From contig JACRCW010000058.1 of assembly GCA_016218805.1 (NCBI GenBank), forward strand, positions 1-38,110: a DNA stretch of 38,110 nt. The letters are read 5' to 3'. The position numbers and the translations under genes were made by a program. The DNA is from Deltaproteobacteria bacterium (lineage in GTDB: Bacteria; Myxococcota; JACRCW01). Each line of letters opens with the position of its first letter. Position 1 is the first letter of the stretch. The notes beneath the pieces are model-generated. The model saw nothing but the letters and a program-made list of their open reading frames with translations. It was not told the DNA's origin and ran no database searches. Below are positions 16,453-26,245 of the stretch, one piece after another.

Positions 16453-17604
16453 CTACCCCGCCAGCCGCGCTTCCGCCGCGCGCACCAGCCCTTCAGCGGC
16501 CTGCTCCACCTGGGGCCCGGCCACCGCGCGGTCCACTTCTTCCACCAGCTCCCCCAGCGTGTGATCCACCGGCGCGCGCCCCAGTCCCGGCAGCACGCGG
16601 CGCGCAGCGCGCCACAGCGCCCACACCTGCCGTTGCACCGGGTCGTCCACGTCCAGCCCCTCGGTGAGCGGGCGCGGCTTTCCCCCCGCCGCGCGGTGCA
16701 CGTTTTCCGCGAACAACCGCCGTTCATGCAGCGCCGCCACCAGCACCAGCGCGCGGGCCACCACCCACGGCGGCAGCGCCGCCACGGACAGCAGCTGCCC
16801 CACCGCCTGTGACACCGCGCGCACCGGCGGATGGAACCCCGCCTCCATGGCGTGGTCCGTCAGCAGCGTGCGCAGCGGCGCGTAGTCCACAAAGCGCAAC
16901 GACGCGTACGTGTTCCCGTCCGGGGATGCCTGCCGCAGGTCCAGCGGGAAGGGCAGCGCATCCTCCGCGGCAAACAGCAGCGGCGTCAGCGGTGACACCG
17001 CCATCATGGCGTCCAGCAACGCGCGGCGGCGCGTGCGCAGGCGTGCGCTCCCCGTCTCCAGGCCCGCGCGCACCAGCGGGACGCGCCGCTGCTCCTGCCG
17101 AACGCGCCGCACCCCGGGCCAGGCCAGCAGGCGCGCCGGGGGTGACTGCCCGTGGAAGTCGGCGCTGCCCGTCCACCAGGCCACGTGCACATCCACGCGC
17201 ACCGCGGTGAGGGCGGCGGCCACCGCGGCGTGGCGGGTGAGCGCTTCGGCCAACTCGTCGGGCGGGCCCACCTTCCACAGTTCCTCTGCGTGTTGTCCCA
17301 GGCCGCGGCCGTGCAGGCCCAGCACGTGCGGCGCATCCGGGTGCGTGCCCGCCAGCAGGTCATGCGCGGCGGCGCACAGCCGCGTGAAGGCGACGGTGGG
17401 GTTGGCGGGCGGACGCGCGTCCAGGCCCGCGGCGCGCGCGCGCACGCCGTCCCAGGTGGCTTCGGCCCCTGGCCGGCCGCGGATGGGAAAGGCGCCCATG
17501 GCGCCGGCGGCGGATGCACCCACGTACGGACCGCACGCGGGACGGCCGCCCGCCAGCAACGGGGCGACAAAGCGGCGCAGGAACTCGTCGGTCCCGACGG
17601 CCAC
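16453..17604 (-). CDS. Hypothetical protein resembling FtsH-ternary-system X6 domain proteins
   Basis: GTG start 6 nt after the upstream stop, with RBS GAGGGG. Motifs FVAPLLAGG, HDLL..THP, RHA, WWTGSADFHGQSPPARLLAWP..RRV, SPLT. The family call is from memory only. Confidence 0.6.
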   Translation of the reverse strand: MAVGTDEFLRRFVAPLLAGGRPACGPYVGASAAGAMGAFPIRGRPGAEATWDGVRARAAGLDARPPANPTVAFTRLCAAAHDLLAGTHPDAPHVLGLHGRGLGQHAEELWKVGPPDELAEALTRHAAVAAALTAVRVDVHVAWWTGSADFHGQSPPARLLAWPGVRRVRQEQRRVPLVRAGLETGSARLRTRRRALLDAMMAVSPLTPLLFAAEDALPFPLDLRQASPDGNTYASLRFVDYAPLRTLLTDHAMEAGFHPPVRAVSQAVGQLLSVAALPPWVVARALVLVAALHERRLFAENVHRAAGGKPRPLTEGLDVDDPVQRQVWALWRAARRVLPGLGRAPVDHTLGELVEEVDRAVAGPQVEQAAEGLVRAAEARLAG

Positions 17605-17609
17605 GGGCG

Positions 17610-19151
17610 CTACCCCTCGCCCGGCGGGCGGCCGCCACCGCCGGTGCCATCCCATCCGCGCAGCGCGCTTCCCGTCGGGTGGTAGACCACCGGTTCGCCG
17701 GCGGTGTTCACGGCGGGCAGCAGCGTCACCGCGTCCAGCGCGGCCGCCATGTCCTGCGGGTGCACCGCGGCGCGGCTCAGCGGGACAAAGGCCCCACGGC
17801 TCACGGCAAACGGCGCCCCGGCCCCCGCCGGCGGGAAGAACACCACGTGGTCATTCGCGGCCAGGGACAGGTGCTCCGTGATGAGCTGGTCATCCAGCCG
17901 CGGGCTGAACCGCGTCCCCAGCGGCAGGAACACGCGCGGGTGCACCGCGCCCAACGCAATGCCCAGCGGCAGCGCGCGCACGCCCGGCGGCGCCAACACC
18001 ACGGCCCACGGGTGGGCCAGCACCACCTCGCTGCCCTTCCACAGCGCGGCGGGGAGCAGGTGCACCATGGCCAGCATTTCCGGCAGCCGGTCCACGGAGA
18101 TGATGGCCGCCTCAGCCAGGCCGCGCGCCTCCGGGTCCGGCACCATGCGAACTTCCACGCCCAACGCGTCCACGTCCTGCGTGGACAGCACCTCGGTGGC
18201 GGCCACCGGCGCGCCGTCCGCCTGCCGCAGGTCAATGCGCGTGATGTCGTCCAGGTTCACCGGGCGCAGCGGGCCTTCCAGCCGTTCCACCGTCCGCCGG
18301 GCCGCGGCAAACAGGATGATCTCCTCGCGCGGAAACAGCGCGGAGCAGCCGTCCAGGGACACCGGGTGCCGCCAGCCGCGTTCCACCAGCACGTTCTCCA
18401 GCACCGCCACGTACACCTCCACGCCGGGCGTGGACTGCAAGAGCGTGAGCGAACCGGCCGGCAGCTCGCGGCAGCGGAACAGCGCCACCTCGCCCGTGCC
18501 GCCCTGGAACAGCCCCGCCGCGCGCGGGCGCACCAGGCTCATCTCCGCATCCACGCGGCGGCGCCACAGGTAGCCCTGCACGTGGTCCAGCAGGCCGCGC
18601 GGCACGCGCACCATGAACGCGTCCGGGCGGGTTTCGCGCAGTTCCTTGGGGCGCATGGGCAGCGGGTTCATGCGCAGCAGCAGGTCCCGCACCTCCAGCC
18701 GCTGCCCCGCCACGCGGCGGTCCGCGCCCGCGTCCGTGTACAGCACGTAGCCCGCGTCCGCGTTCTGCAGCAGCGCGGCGTCCTGCAGATCGCACCCCAA
18801 GGGGCGGACGCTGTCCCGGTAGGGGACGTGGTGGCGCACCGTGCCGGTGAACACCTGCGCGCCCACCGCGCGCGCTGCCGCCGCGCACCCGTCGCCCTGG
18901 AAGCTGCCCGCCACGTCAAACCCCACCGCCACCTCACGCAGACCGGAGGGCGCGCTCACTTCCTCCATCAGCAGCGCGCCCAGGATGTCCTTGAGCCCGC
19001 CGCCGCGGCTGAGCGCGCGCAGAAACCCCAGCGCGCGTGCCAGGTCCGGGAACAGGCACAGCAGGCGCCGGCCCATGGCCACGCCGCGCTCGTCGGCGGA
19101 CAACCCCGGGCAGTTGAACCGCGCCTGCCCCAGCGCCACCGCTTCAATCAC
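17610..19151 (-). CDS. Hypothetical protein resembling FtsH-ternary-system X7 domain proteins
   Basis: Motifs PGLSADERGV..G..L.LFP, FTGT.RH.VPYRD...PLG.D, VERGWRHP..L, VFLPLG..F.P.L. The CDS is secure; the family call is from memory. Confidence 0.65.
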   Translation of the reverse strand: MIEAVALGQARFNCPGLSADERGVAMGRRLLCLFPDLARALGFLRALSRGGGLKDILGALLMEEVSAPSGLREVAVGFDVAGSFQGDGCAAAARAVGAQVFTGTVRHHVPYRDSVRPLGCDLQDAALLQNADAGYVLYTDAGADRRVAGQRLEVRDLLLRMNPLPMRPKELRETRPDAFMVRVPRGLLDHVQGYLWRRRVDAEMSLVRPRAAGLFQGGTGEVALFRCRELPAGSLTLLQSTPGVEVYVAVLENVLVERGWRHPVSLDGCSALFPREEIILFAAARRTVERLEGPLRPVNLDDITRIDLRQADGAPVAATEVLSTQDVDALGVEVRMVPDPEARGLAEAAIISVDRLPEMLAMVHLLPAALWKGSEVVLAHPWAVVLAPPGVRALPLGIALGAVHPRVFLPLGTRFSPRLDDQLITEHLSLAANDHVVFFPPAGAGAPFAVSRGAFVPLSRAAVHPQDMAAALDAVTLLPAVNTAGEPVVYHPTGSALRGWDGTGGGGRPPGEG

Positions 19152-19161
19152 GGGACGGACC

Positions 19162-20142
19162 TCACACCTTCAGCAGCACCTTGCCAAACCCGTGGTTGGT
19201 CACCACGTGCTCCTGCGCCTTGCCGGCCTCCGCCAGCGCAAACACGCGGTCCACCACCGGCCGCACAATGCCCGCCGCCAGCCACGGACACAGGTTCCGT
19301 TCCAGCACCTGCGCCGCCAGGATCTTCTCCTCAATGGGCCGGCTGCGCAGCACCGTGCCAATGATCTCCACGCGCCGCGTGAGCACCATGCGCAGGTCCA
19401 CGTCCACGTGCCCGCCGCCCGTGAGTCCCACCAGCACCACGCGCGCACGGTGCGCCGCCGCGTTGAGGTCCTCCTGCACGTAGGAACCGCCCACCAGCTC
19501 CAGCACCACGTCCGCGCCGCGGCCGTGCGTCATGCGCCGGACCTCGTCCGCAAACAGCCCGCGGGTGACGTGCACGCCCATCTGCAGCCCCAGCGCGCGC
19601 GCCTTCTCCAGCTTCTCCGCCGTGCGGGAGGTCCCAATGACAAGACATCCCAGTGCGCGCGCCACCTGCACGCCCGCCGTCCCCACGCCGCTGCCGCACG
19701 CGTGCACCAGCACGTTCTCGCCCGGCTGCAGCCGCCCGCGCGTCAACAGCGCGTCGTACGCGGTGACAAACGCCTCGGGCACCGCGGCCGCCGCCTCGTC
19801 GTCCAGCGCGGGCGGGACGGGCACCGCCTCGCGCTCATGCACCACCACGCGGTCCGCGTACGCGCCGCCCGCCACCAGCCCAAACACGCGTTCCCCCGGC
19901 TTGAAGCGCGTGGCGCCCGCGCCCACCGCGTCCACCACGCCCGAATACTCCAGCCCCGGCACATCCGCGGGCACGCCCGGCGGTGCGGGGTAGCCGCCCA
20001 GGCGCTGCAGCACGTCAGCGCGGTTCACGCCCACGTAGCGGACGGCCACGCGGATGTGGCCATGGGGAATCTCCGGGTCCGGGCGCTCCACTTCGCGGAG
20101 CACTTCCGGGCCGCCCGGCTCGGTGATGGCAACGGCACGCAC
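19162..20142 (-). CDS. NAD(P)H:quinone oxidoreductase, PIG3/MDR family
   Basis: RBS GAGGAGG with GTG at 20142. Motifs GGPEVL, GVNRADVLQRLGGYPAPPG, PGLEYSG, PEAFVTAY, HACGSGVG, IIGTVLRSR, HGFGKVLL. Confidence 0.93.
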   Translation of the reverse strand: MRAVAITEPGGPEVLREVERPDPEIPHGHIRVAVRYVGVNRADVLQRLGGYPAPPGVPADVPGLEYSGVVDAVGAGATRFKPGERVFGLVAGGAYADRVVVHEREAVPVPPALDDEAAAAVPEAFVTAYDALLTRGRLQPGENVLVHACGSGVGTAGVQVARALGCLVIGTSRTAEKLEKARALGLQMGVHVTRGLFADEVRRMTHGRGADVVLELVGGSYVQEDLNAAAHRARVVLVGLTGGGHVDVDLRMVLTRRVEIIGTVLRSRPIEEKILAAQVLERNLCPWLAAGIVRPVVDRVFALAEAGKAQEHVVTNHGFGKVLLKV

Positions 20143-20201
20143 GGTTGCGTCAACCTCCTCTATCGTCGGGATGGCCCCGGGGCGGGCACCATACCACGCA
20201 C

Positions 20202-21950
20202 TCAGGGCGCGAAGGTCACCGTCAGCAGCGGCACGCCGTCCACGTGGACCACTGCGTGGGGGCGCGTGGTGGCCCAGCTGTTCACGACGTCCATCCACTG
20301 GTCCTTGAACTCTCCCTGCGGCTGCACGCTGGCCACCGCGGCGCCCGCCACCGTGTTGGAGAAGCCCATGTCCTTCCGCAGCAGCGCATCGCGCACGTAC
20401 ATGCGCCAGTCGTCGTAGTTGGTGTCACCAAAGTGGATGCTGCCGCGCTCGCGCGTGCGTGCGTTGATGGCGGGCAGGACGGCGCGCGGTTCGTGCCCCC
20501 AGAAGGTGCGCTGGAAGCCCACGTTGGCCGCGCCCCGGGCAAACCCCACCAGCTCATTGTAGGACGACAATCCGTACGGATGGACGCGCGCGGACATGAT
20601 GAAGCCGGGCAGCACCGTGAGCGCCGCGGCCAGGCCCCAGGCGCGCGCCCACGGGACGGCGGCCGCGCGCTGCCAGGCGGAACGCGCGCGCTGCAGCGCC
20701 TCCTCCAGGGCCCACGCCGCCAGGATGCAGAGGAACGGCATGGCGTTCATCCAGTGCTTGGTCCCGCCAAAGATGGGCGTGGTGTCCGGGATCCACAGCG
20801 CAAAGGGAAAGGCCGCATTCCCCAGCAGCAGCAGCGCGCCCCAGCCGGTGGGGTCGCCATGCCGGCTGGTCAGCCCCACGCGTGTCACCTCATCAGCTGG
20901 CCGGCCGGCGTAGCGGCGCCAGGTCAGGCGCAGGCCCGCGTACGTGGCCATCCCGGTGCCCAGGACCATCAGCACGCAGAGCGCCAACGGCGCGGTCACC
21001 GCTGTCATCACGTACACAAACGCGTGCGGGAACGGCGGGCGCGTCAGCAGCTCACCAAAGTACAGGATGGGATAGTGCTCGTGGTTGAGGTGGAACCCCA
21101 GGTACCACCCGTAGCGCGCGGCAATGTCCGGCCACAGGTAGGGCCAGTGCGCCAGGAACACCAACGGCCCAAGGACCGCCATGGACAGGAACGCGAGGGG
21201 AACGGGCGGCAGGATGAGGAAGGCGCCGTCACGCCGCACGCGGGAGCCCTCGGCCATCACCCAATGGATGAGCAGCACGCCGGGCACAATGAGGACGTTG
21301 TGCTTGATGGCCGCACCCAGGCCAAACGCGATTCCGACGACGAGCGCGCCGCGCCAGGAATGCCGGCCGCGCACGTAGGTGAGGACCAGCCAGGTGTGGG
21401 CGGCGCACACCGGCACGTCGAAGCAGGCCAGGTGCATGTGCCAGAACGCGTGCGGCATCGAGAGCCACAGCAGCGCAGCAACGACGCTGGTGGAGCGGCG
21501 CAGGAACTCGCGCGCGAGCAGGTAGGTGAACGCCACGCTGAGTCCCGCGGCGAGGAAGGCGGGGAAGCGGAATGCGGTGGAGTGGAGGCTGAACAGGCCC
21601 CACTGCTCCTTGAGCACGCCCCAGGACAGGCCAAACAGCGCCTTCATGAGGACGGGGTGCTCGTGGTTGTAGGACCAATAGCGGTCAATGACGGCGCGGG
21701 AGAACGGCGCGCCCAAGTCACCGCGGCCCCAGGCGGCGGCCCATTCGCGGAACCAGCCGAAGTAATCCTCAGCGGCCTTGAAGTAGTAGCCCTCGTCGCG
21801 CGTGAAGCCCACGGACTCGGAAGTGAGCCCAACAAGCAGGGCAGTGCCGACAAACAGCGCCAGCGCAATGCCTGCCTCCCCCACCCGGGGGGAGGCCGCC
21901 GAGGCGCCTGGCGCCGAGGCGGGTGGGGGAGGTGCGACGGCGTCGGTCAC
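20202..21950 (-). CDS. GT-C fold glycosyltransferase (ArnT/PMT-like, family 39-type)
   Basis: Multi-TM protein with first-loop TRDEGYY, NHEHPVLMK, HLACFD and KHN motifs. Confidence 0.85.
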   Translation of the reverse strand: MTDAVAPPPPASAPGASAASPRVGEAGIALALFVGTALLVGLTSESVGFTRDEGYYFKAAEDYFGWFREWAAAWGRGDLGAPFSRAVIDRYWSYNHEHPVLMKALFGLSWGVLKEQWGLFSLHSTAFRFPAFLAAGLSVAFTYLLAREFLRRSTSVVAALLWLSMPHAFWHMHLACFDVPVCAAHTWLVLTYVRGRHSWRGALVVGIAFGLGAAIKHNVLIVPGVLLIHWVMAEGSRVRRDGAFLILPPVPLAFLSMAVLGPLVFLAHWPYLWPDIAARYGWYLGFHLNHEHYPILYFGELLTRPPFPHAFVYVMTAVTAPLALCVLMVLGTGMATYAGLRLTWRRYAGRPADEVTRVGLTSRHGDPTGWGALLLLGNAAFPFALWIPDTTPIFGGTKHWMNAMPFLCILAAWALEEALQRARSAWQRAAAVPWARAWGLAAALTVLPGFIMSARVHPYGLSSYNELVGFARGAANVGFQRTFWGHEPRAVLPAINARTRERGSIHFGDTNYDDWRMYVRDALLRKDMGFSNTVAGAAVASVQPQGEFKDQWMDVVNSWATTRPHAVVHVDGVPLLTVTFAP

Positions 21951-22861
21951 GGCGTGCTCCCATCCGCCACGGCATACGCATCAAACGCGAAGTGGTTGTT
22001 GGCATCGCGGTCGGTCTCAATGCGGAACACCACGCGGTGGGGCGCACCGGCCAGCGCGCGCGTATCCATCTCCTCGGGCACAAAGTCGAACCGGGGCACG
22101 CGCCTGACCACGCCCACCTCCACCCCGTCGACCAGCACGCGCAGGCGCACCTCACCGGTAGCGCGGTCAGCGCCGTCACGGGTATGCCCCGCGCGCACGA
22201 CGATGGACGGGCCCAGCGTCACGCCGTCGTAGGCGATCTCCACGGCTTGCCCCGGGGGTGGCGGGTGCGCCCACAGCGCCTCGTCGCCGTTCTCAGTCAC
22301 CAGCAGCCACTGCCGGGTCACGCGCTGCCAGCCGCCGCGGCCGGCGCAGGACACGCCCCCGCGCGCGGGCTGGTTGCATTCCACCAAGGTGCCCGCCGCG
22401 TTCACAATCCGGACGGCCGCCTCCGCCACGCGGGCGGTGAAGTCATACGCCACGCGCGGACCTCCCAGGTCCCACCGCCACACGCCCAGCCGGCCCGCCT
22501 CCACGCGCTCCACGGGCGGCCCCAGCCGTGCCACCAGCGGCTCCAGGTGTGGCTCCGCGTCCGGCTCCACCACGACGAACAGGCGCGCGTACCGGTGCAG
22601 CGGGCGGCGCGCCAGCCCGTCACCGCTGATGAGCCGCAGGTCCCCCATGGCCTGCCAGGCGCGCAGTGACCACGGCGGCAGCACCGCCCACGCGTCCTGC
22701 GTGGACTGGAAGCCGCTGCGTTCCACCACCGCGCGCGCGGCCGCGTAGTCACCGTCAGCGGGAACGTGCAGCGGGTAGGCGGCCAGCCGTCCCCACGAGA
22801 AGGCCCAGGCCGCCAGCAGCGGCACCAGGAGCAGCGCGGCGACGCGGGCGTCCTTCCCCAT
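21947..22861 (-). CDS. Hypothetical membrane-anchored protein with beta-rich extracytoplasmic domain
   Basis: N-terminal TM helix, coding-like GC3, and stop overlapping the GT start (GTGA). Confidence 0.75.
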   Translation of the reverse strand: MGKDARVAALLLVPLLAAWAFSWGRLAAYPLHVPADGDYAAARAVVERSGFQSTQDAWAVLPPWSLRAWQAMGDLRLISGDGLARRPLHRYARLFVVVEPDAEPHLEPLVARLGPPVERVEAGRLGVWRWDLGGPRVAYDFTARVAEAAVRIVNAAGTLVECNQPARGGVSCAGRGGWQRVTRQWLLVTENGDEALWAHPPPPGQAVEIAYDGVTLGPSIVVRAGHTRDGADRATGEVRLRVLVDGVEVGVVRRVPRFDFVPEEMDTRALAGAPHRVVFRIETDRDANNHFAFDAYAVADGSTP

Positions 22862-22915
22862 GGGCGGGGCGTTGATGGCAAGAGGGAGCGGGGTCCTGCA
22901 ACCCCGTCGGGTGGT

Positions 22916-23488
22916 TCAGGACCGCAGCCAGGTCTCCGCCATGCCGCGCAGGGAGGCGTTGAAGGGGTCCAGCGCCAGCGCTTCGCGCGCGTGGCGGGCC
23001 GCCTCCTCCGGCTGTTTCCCGTCGTGGGCGCGCATGGCCGCCCGCGCGTGCGCGTTGGCCGCGGCCGCCGCGTCCGGGAACAGGCGGACCCAGCCCATGC
23101 GGAGCGCGTCCGCATCCGGGGACGCAAATTCCGTGGCGGTGGGCACGGTCCCCTGGGCGAACGCCAGGTGCACCGTCCGGCGGGCCGAGGGGTTGAGGAG
23201 CGCCACGCCCAGGAAGCGCAGCGCCTCCAGCGCTTCATCCAGGACCAGCACGCCGTTGCCGCGGGCCACGGCGCGGGCCTGGCTCCAGGCCGCCCAGCGC
23301 GCTTCCAGGATCGCGCGGATCTCGTCGCCGGAAGCCAGGGCGTTGACGCCCAGGGCGTCGTACATGCGGCCGGCCCGGATGAGGGACTTGATCTCGTCAG
23401 CGCGGGCGCCCTGCGCGGAGGGACCGGACGGCGTGGAGGGCGCCGGCGGCACCCAGGGCGGCCTTCCAGTGGAGTCAGAGAAGCTCAT
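22916..23488 (-). CDS. Hypothetical protein with degenerate J-domain-like region and C-terminal TPR
   Basis: YDALGVNALASGDEIR...LLNPSARR resembles J-domain helices but has no HPD. EEAARHAREALALDPFN is TPR-like. Confidence 0.6.
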   Translation of the reverse strand: MSFSDSTGRPPWVPPAPSTPSGPSAQGARADEIKSLIRAGRMYDALGVNALASGDEIRAILEARWAAWSQARAVARGNGVLVLDEALEALRFLGVALLNPSARRTVHLAFAQGTVPTATEFASPDADALRMGWVRLFPDAAAAANAHARAAMRAHDGKQPEEAARHAREALALDPFNASLRGMAETWLRS

Positions 23489-23629
23489 GGGCGGACCTCG
23501 CAAGACAGCTACACCCGGCCCTACGTCCCGCTCCGTCCGTGCGGCTCACTTTTTATGCTTGAAAGGGTCCTGCCCTTTGGGCAGGTTGCACGGCCCGCCG
23601 TGGTGTGTGCGGGCCACGGGCGGAAGCAC

Positions 23630-25630
23630 ATGGGATTCAACATCATTGGCCAGGACGTGGTGGATGCCCCACCTCCGCCCACCCCCACGGGTGACCGGCG
23701 GCTGGTGGCGCCCTTCCTGCCCGCCAGCCCGGAGGAAACGCGCGCCCGCGGGTGGGACGCGGTTGACGTGGTGTTCGTCACCGGCGACGCCTACGTGGAC
23801 CATCCCAGCTTTGCCATGGCCGTGCTGGGGCGCGTGCTGGAGGCCCGCGGCTACCGCGTGGGCATCCTGGCGCAGCCGGACTGGCGCGCGCCGGACGCGT
23901 TCCGCGCGTTTGGGAAGCCGCGGCTGGCCTTCTGCGTCTCAGCGGGGAACCTGGATTCCATGCTGAACCACTACACGGCGCACAAGCGGCCGCGCCGTGA
24001 TGACGCGTATTCGCCCGGAGCGCGCGCGGGGCTGCGCCCGGACAAACCCACGCTGCAGTACACGCAGCGCTGCCGGCAGGCGTGGCCGGAGGTTCCCGTC
24101 ATCGTGGGCGGCATGGAAGCCTCCATGCGGCGCCTGGCCCACTATGACTACTGGTCGGACACGGTGAAGCGGTCCATCCAACTGGACGCCAAGGCGGACC
24201 TGCTGGTGTACGGCGCCGGGGAACGCCCGCTGCTGGAGATTCTCGCCCGCCTGCGTGCGGGTGAGGACGTGCGGTCCATCCGTGACGTGCGCGGCACGGT
24301 GTACGCGCTGGGCGCGTCTGAGGCGGCGGAGCTGTTGGGCGCGCGCGAATCCGCACCGTCCGGTGTACGGGAGTTGGCCGCGCCGCTGCACGGCTTTGCC
24401 GCGCTGGAGTTGGCTCCGTTTGACCTCATCCGCGCGGACAAGCCCGCGTTTGCGCGCGTGCAGCACGCGTTCCACCGCGAACAGAACCCGCACAACGCGC
24501 GTGCCCTGGTGCAGCGCCACGGCGACCAGGCGGTGGTGCAGAACCCGCCGCAGCCGGCGCTGACGACGACGGAGATGGACTGGCTCCACGGGCTTCCCTA
24601 CAACAAGCTCCCGCATCCCTGCTACGGCCAGCAGCGCATCCCCGCCTACGAGATGGTGCGCTTTTCCATCCAGGTCATGCGCGGGTGCTTTGGCGGTTGC
24701 ACGTTCTGCGCAATCACTGAACACCAGGGCAAGACCATTCAATCCCGCTCTGAGGCGTCCATCCTGCGCGAGGTGGAGGACCTGCAGCGCGTACCCGGCT
24801 ACACCGGCGTGGTCAGCGACCTGGGCGGCCCCACCGCCAACATGTTCCGCCTGCAGTGCGGCGCCCCGGAGACGGAGAAGGTGTGCCGCCGCCACAGCTG
24901 CGTGCACCCGACCATCTGCACCAAGCTGGTGGTGGACCAGGGGCCGGTGACGGACCTGATGCGCCGCGCGCGCCACGCGCCGGGCGTGAAGAAGGTGCTC
25001 ATCGGGTCAGGGGTGCGGATGGACCTGGCTGACGACGCGTATATCCGCGAACTGGCCGCGCACCACGTGGGCGGGCACCTCAAGGTGGCGCCGGAGCACG
25101 TGGACGAGGAGACGCTGGCGCGCATGAAGAAGCCCGGCGTGGACGTGTTTGTGCAGTTCAAGCAGAAGTTTGACGCGGCCAGCCGCGCGGCGGGCAAGGA
25201 GCAGTACCTGGTGCCCTACTTCGTCTCGTCACATCCCGGGTGTGACATGGACGGCGCCATTGCCCTGGCCAACTTCCTCAAGGAGGGCAACTTCCGCCCT
25301 GAGCAGGTGCAGGACTTCATCCCCACGCCCATGACGCCGGCCACCTGCATGTGGTTCACCGGCATTGACCCGCTGACGCTTCGCGCGGTGTACGTGGAGC
25401 GTGACGGGCAGAAGAAGAAGCAGCAGAAGGCGCTGATGCAGTACTGGCGCCCGGAGAACCACGGCCTGGTGAAGGACGCGCTGCGCGGCGCGGGCCGCGC
25501 TGACCTGCTGGGCACGCACCGCACCGCGCTGGTGGAGGAATACCAGCGCATGGGCTGGCAGCCGCCGCGTGACAAGGGGAAGTTCCATGGCCGCCCCAAG
25601 CGGAAGACCCACCCGGGCGCGCGGGGCTGA
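23630..25630 (+). CDS. ygiQ: YgiQ-family radical SAM protein
   Basis: Motifs VTGDAYVDHPSF, GNLDSMLNHYT, EASMRRLAHYDYWSD, RGCFGGCTFC (CxxxCxxC), DLGGPTANM, LKVAPEH, QVQDFIPTPMT. ATG at 23630. Confidence 0.95.
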   Translation: MGFNIIGQDVVDAPPPPTPTGDRRLVAPFLPASPEETRARGWDAVDVVFVTGDAYVDHPSFAMAVLGRVLEARGYRVGILAQPDWRAPDAFRAFGKPRLAFCVSAGNLDSMLNHYTAHKRPRRDDAYSPGARAGLRPDKPTLQYTQRCRQAWPEVPVIVGGMEASMRRLAHYDYWSDTVKRSIQLDAKADLLVYGAGERPLLEILARLRAGEDVRSIRDVRGTVYALGASEAAELLGARESAPSGVRELAAPLHGFAALELAPFDLIRADKPAFARVQHAFHREQNPHNARALVQRHGDQAVVQNPPQPALTTTEMDWLHGLPYNKLPHPCYGQQRIPAYEMVRFSIQVMRGCFGGCTFCAITEHQGKTIQSRSEASILREVEDLQRVPGYTGVVSDLGGPTANMFRLQCGAPETEKVCRRHSCVHPTICTKLVVDQGPVTDLMRRARHAPGVKKVLIGSGVRMDLADDAYIRELAAHHVGGHLKVAPEHVDEETLARMKKPGVDVFVQFKQKFDAASRAAGKEQYLVPYFVSSHPGCDMDGAIALANFLKEGNFRPEQVQDFIPTPMTPATCMWFTGIDPLTLRAVYVERDGQKKKQQKALMQYWRPENHGLVKDALRGAGRADLLGTHRTALVEEYQRMGWQPPRDKGKFHGRPKRKTHPGARG

Positions 25631-25730
25631 CGCTCCCACCGCCACGCGCGGACGTCGTCGTGCGCGCGCGGTTGCGCAGGCGCCCGCTACCCACTGAGGA
25701 TGGCCGCCCATGTCCGCCTCCCCGTCGACG

Positions 25731-26135
25731 ATGATCCTCCTCGCGGCCGGCCTGCTGGTTGCGTCCGCGTGCCGCCCCGCGGCCGAGCCGCCGGGTCCCA
25801 CCCCCGCACCTGCCACGCCGCCCCGCCTGGACGGGGTCCAGCGCCCGCCCACTGAGGGCGACGGGCGACCGCCGGCGGTCGTGGCGTTGGTCGCCCTGGA
25901 GAGCGTGGACGTGGGAGACCAGACGTTCTTCAGGTTTGACCAGCGCGGACGCGCCGGCTGGGCCGCCGTCGCCCGGCGCTCCATGCCGCCCGGCACGCCG
26001 GTTCGCTTGCGGGTCACCGGCGCCGAGCGCAACCACGCCGTCACTTTCATGAAGGAACCGCTTCCCGTCGTGCTGTTTGGCGTGGTGCTGGACAGCCCTG
26101 CGGGAGCGGCCGCCGCCCCCATCCACAATCCATGA
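25731..26135 (+). CDS. Small lipoprotein, possible NrfJ-like OB-fold domain
   Basis: Lipobox VASAC and Pro-rich linker. LESVDVGDQTFFRF...WAAV resembles the LETMDxGGYTYxR...WAA family (from memory). Alternative start at 25710. Confidence 0.55.
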   Translation: MILLAAGLLVASACRPAAEPPGPTPAPATPPRLDGVQRPPTEGDGRPPAVVALVALESVDVGDQTFFRFDQRGRAGWAAVARRSMPPGTPVRLRVTGAERNHAVTFMKEPLPVVLFGVVLDSPAGAAAAPIHNP

Positions 26136-26183
26136 ATTGAAGCAGGTCCCAGGCAGGGGCGGGCCCAAGACCCCGTATTCCTG

Positions 26184-26200
26184 CTGGCATGCACCCTGCT
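26184..26200 (+). promoter_or_regulatory. Putative sigma54 (-24/-12) promoter
   Basis: CTGGCATGCACCCTGCT has GG at 26186-26187 and GC at 26198-26199 (GG-N10-GC). It lies about 45 nt upstream of ATG 26246, in front of an operon encoding a sigma54 activator. Confidence 0.65.
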
Positions 26201-26245
26201 CTGCCCCCGTCCGCCGGCGTGGTGGGGCCGGGAGGACGGTGCACC

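Noticed and set aside
22766..23629. N-terminal extension of the 954-aa YgiQ ORF
   Set aside because: It overlaps two minus-strand genes, and family similarity begins only after ATG 23630.
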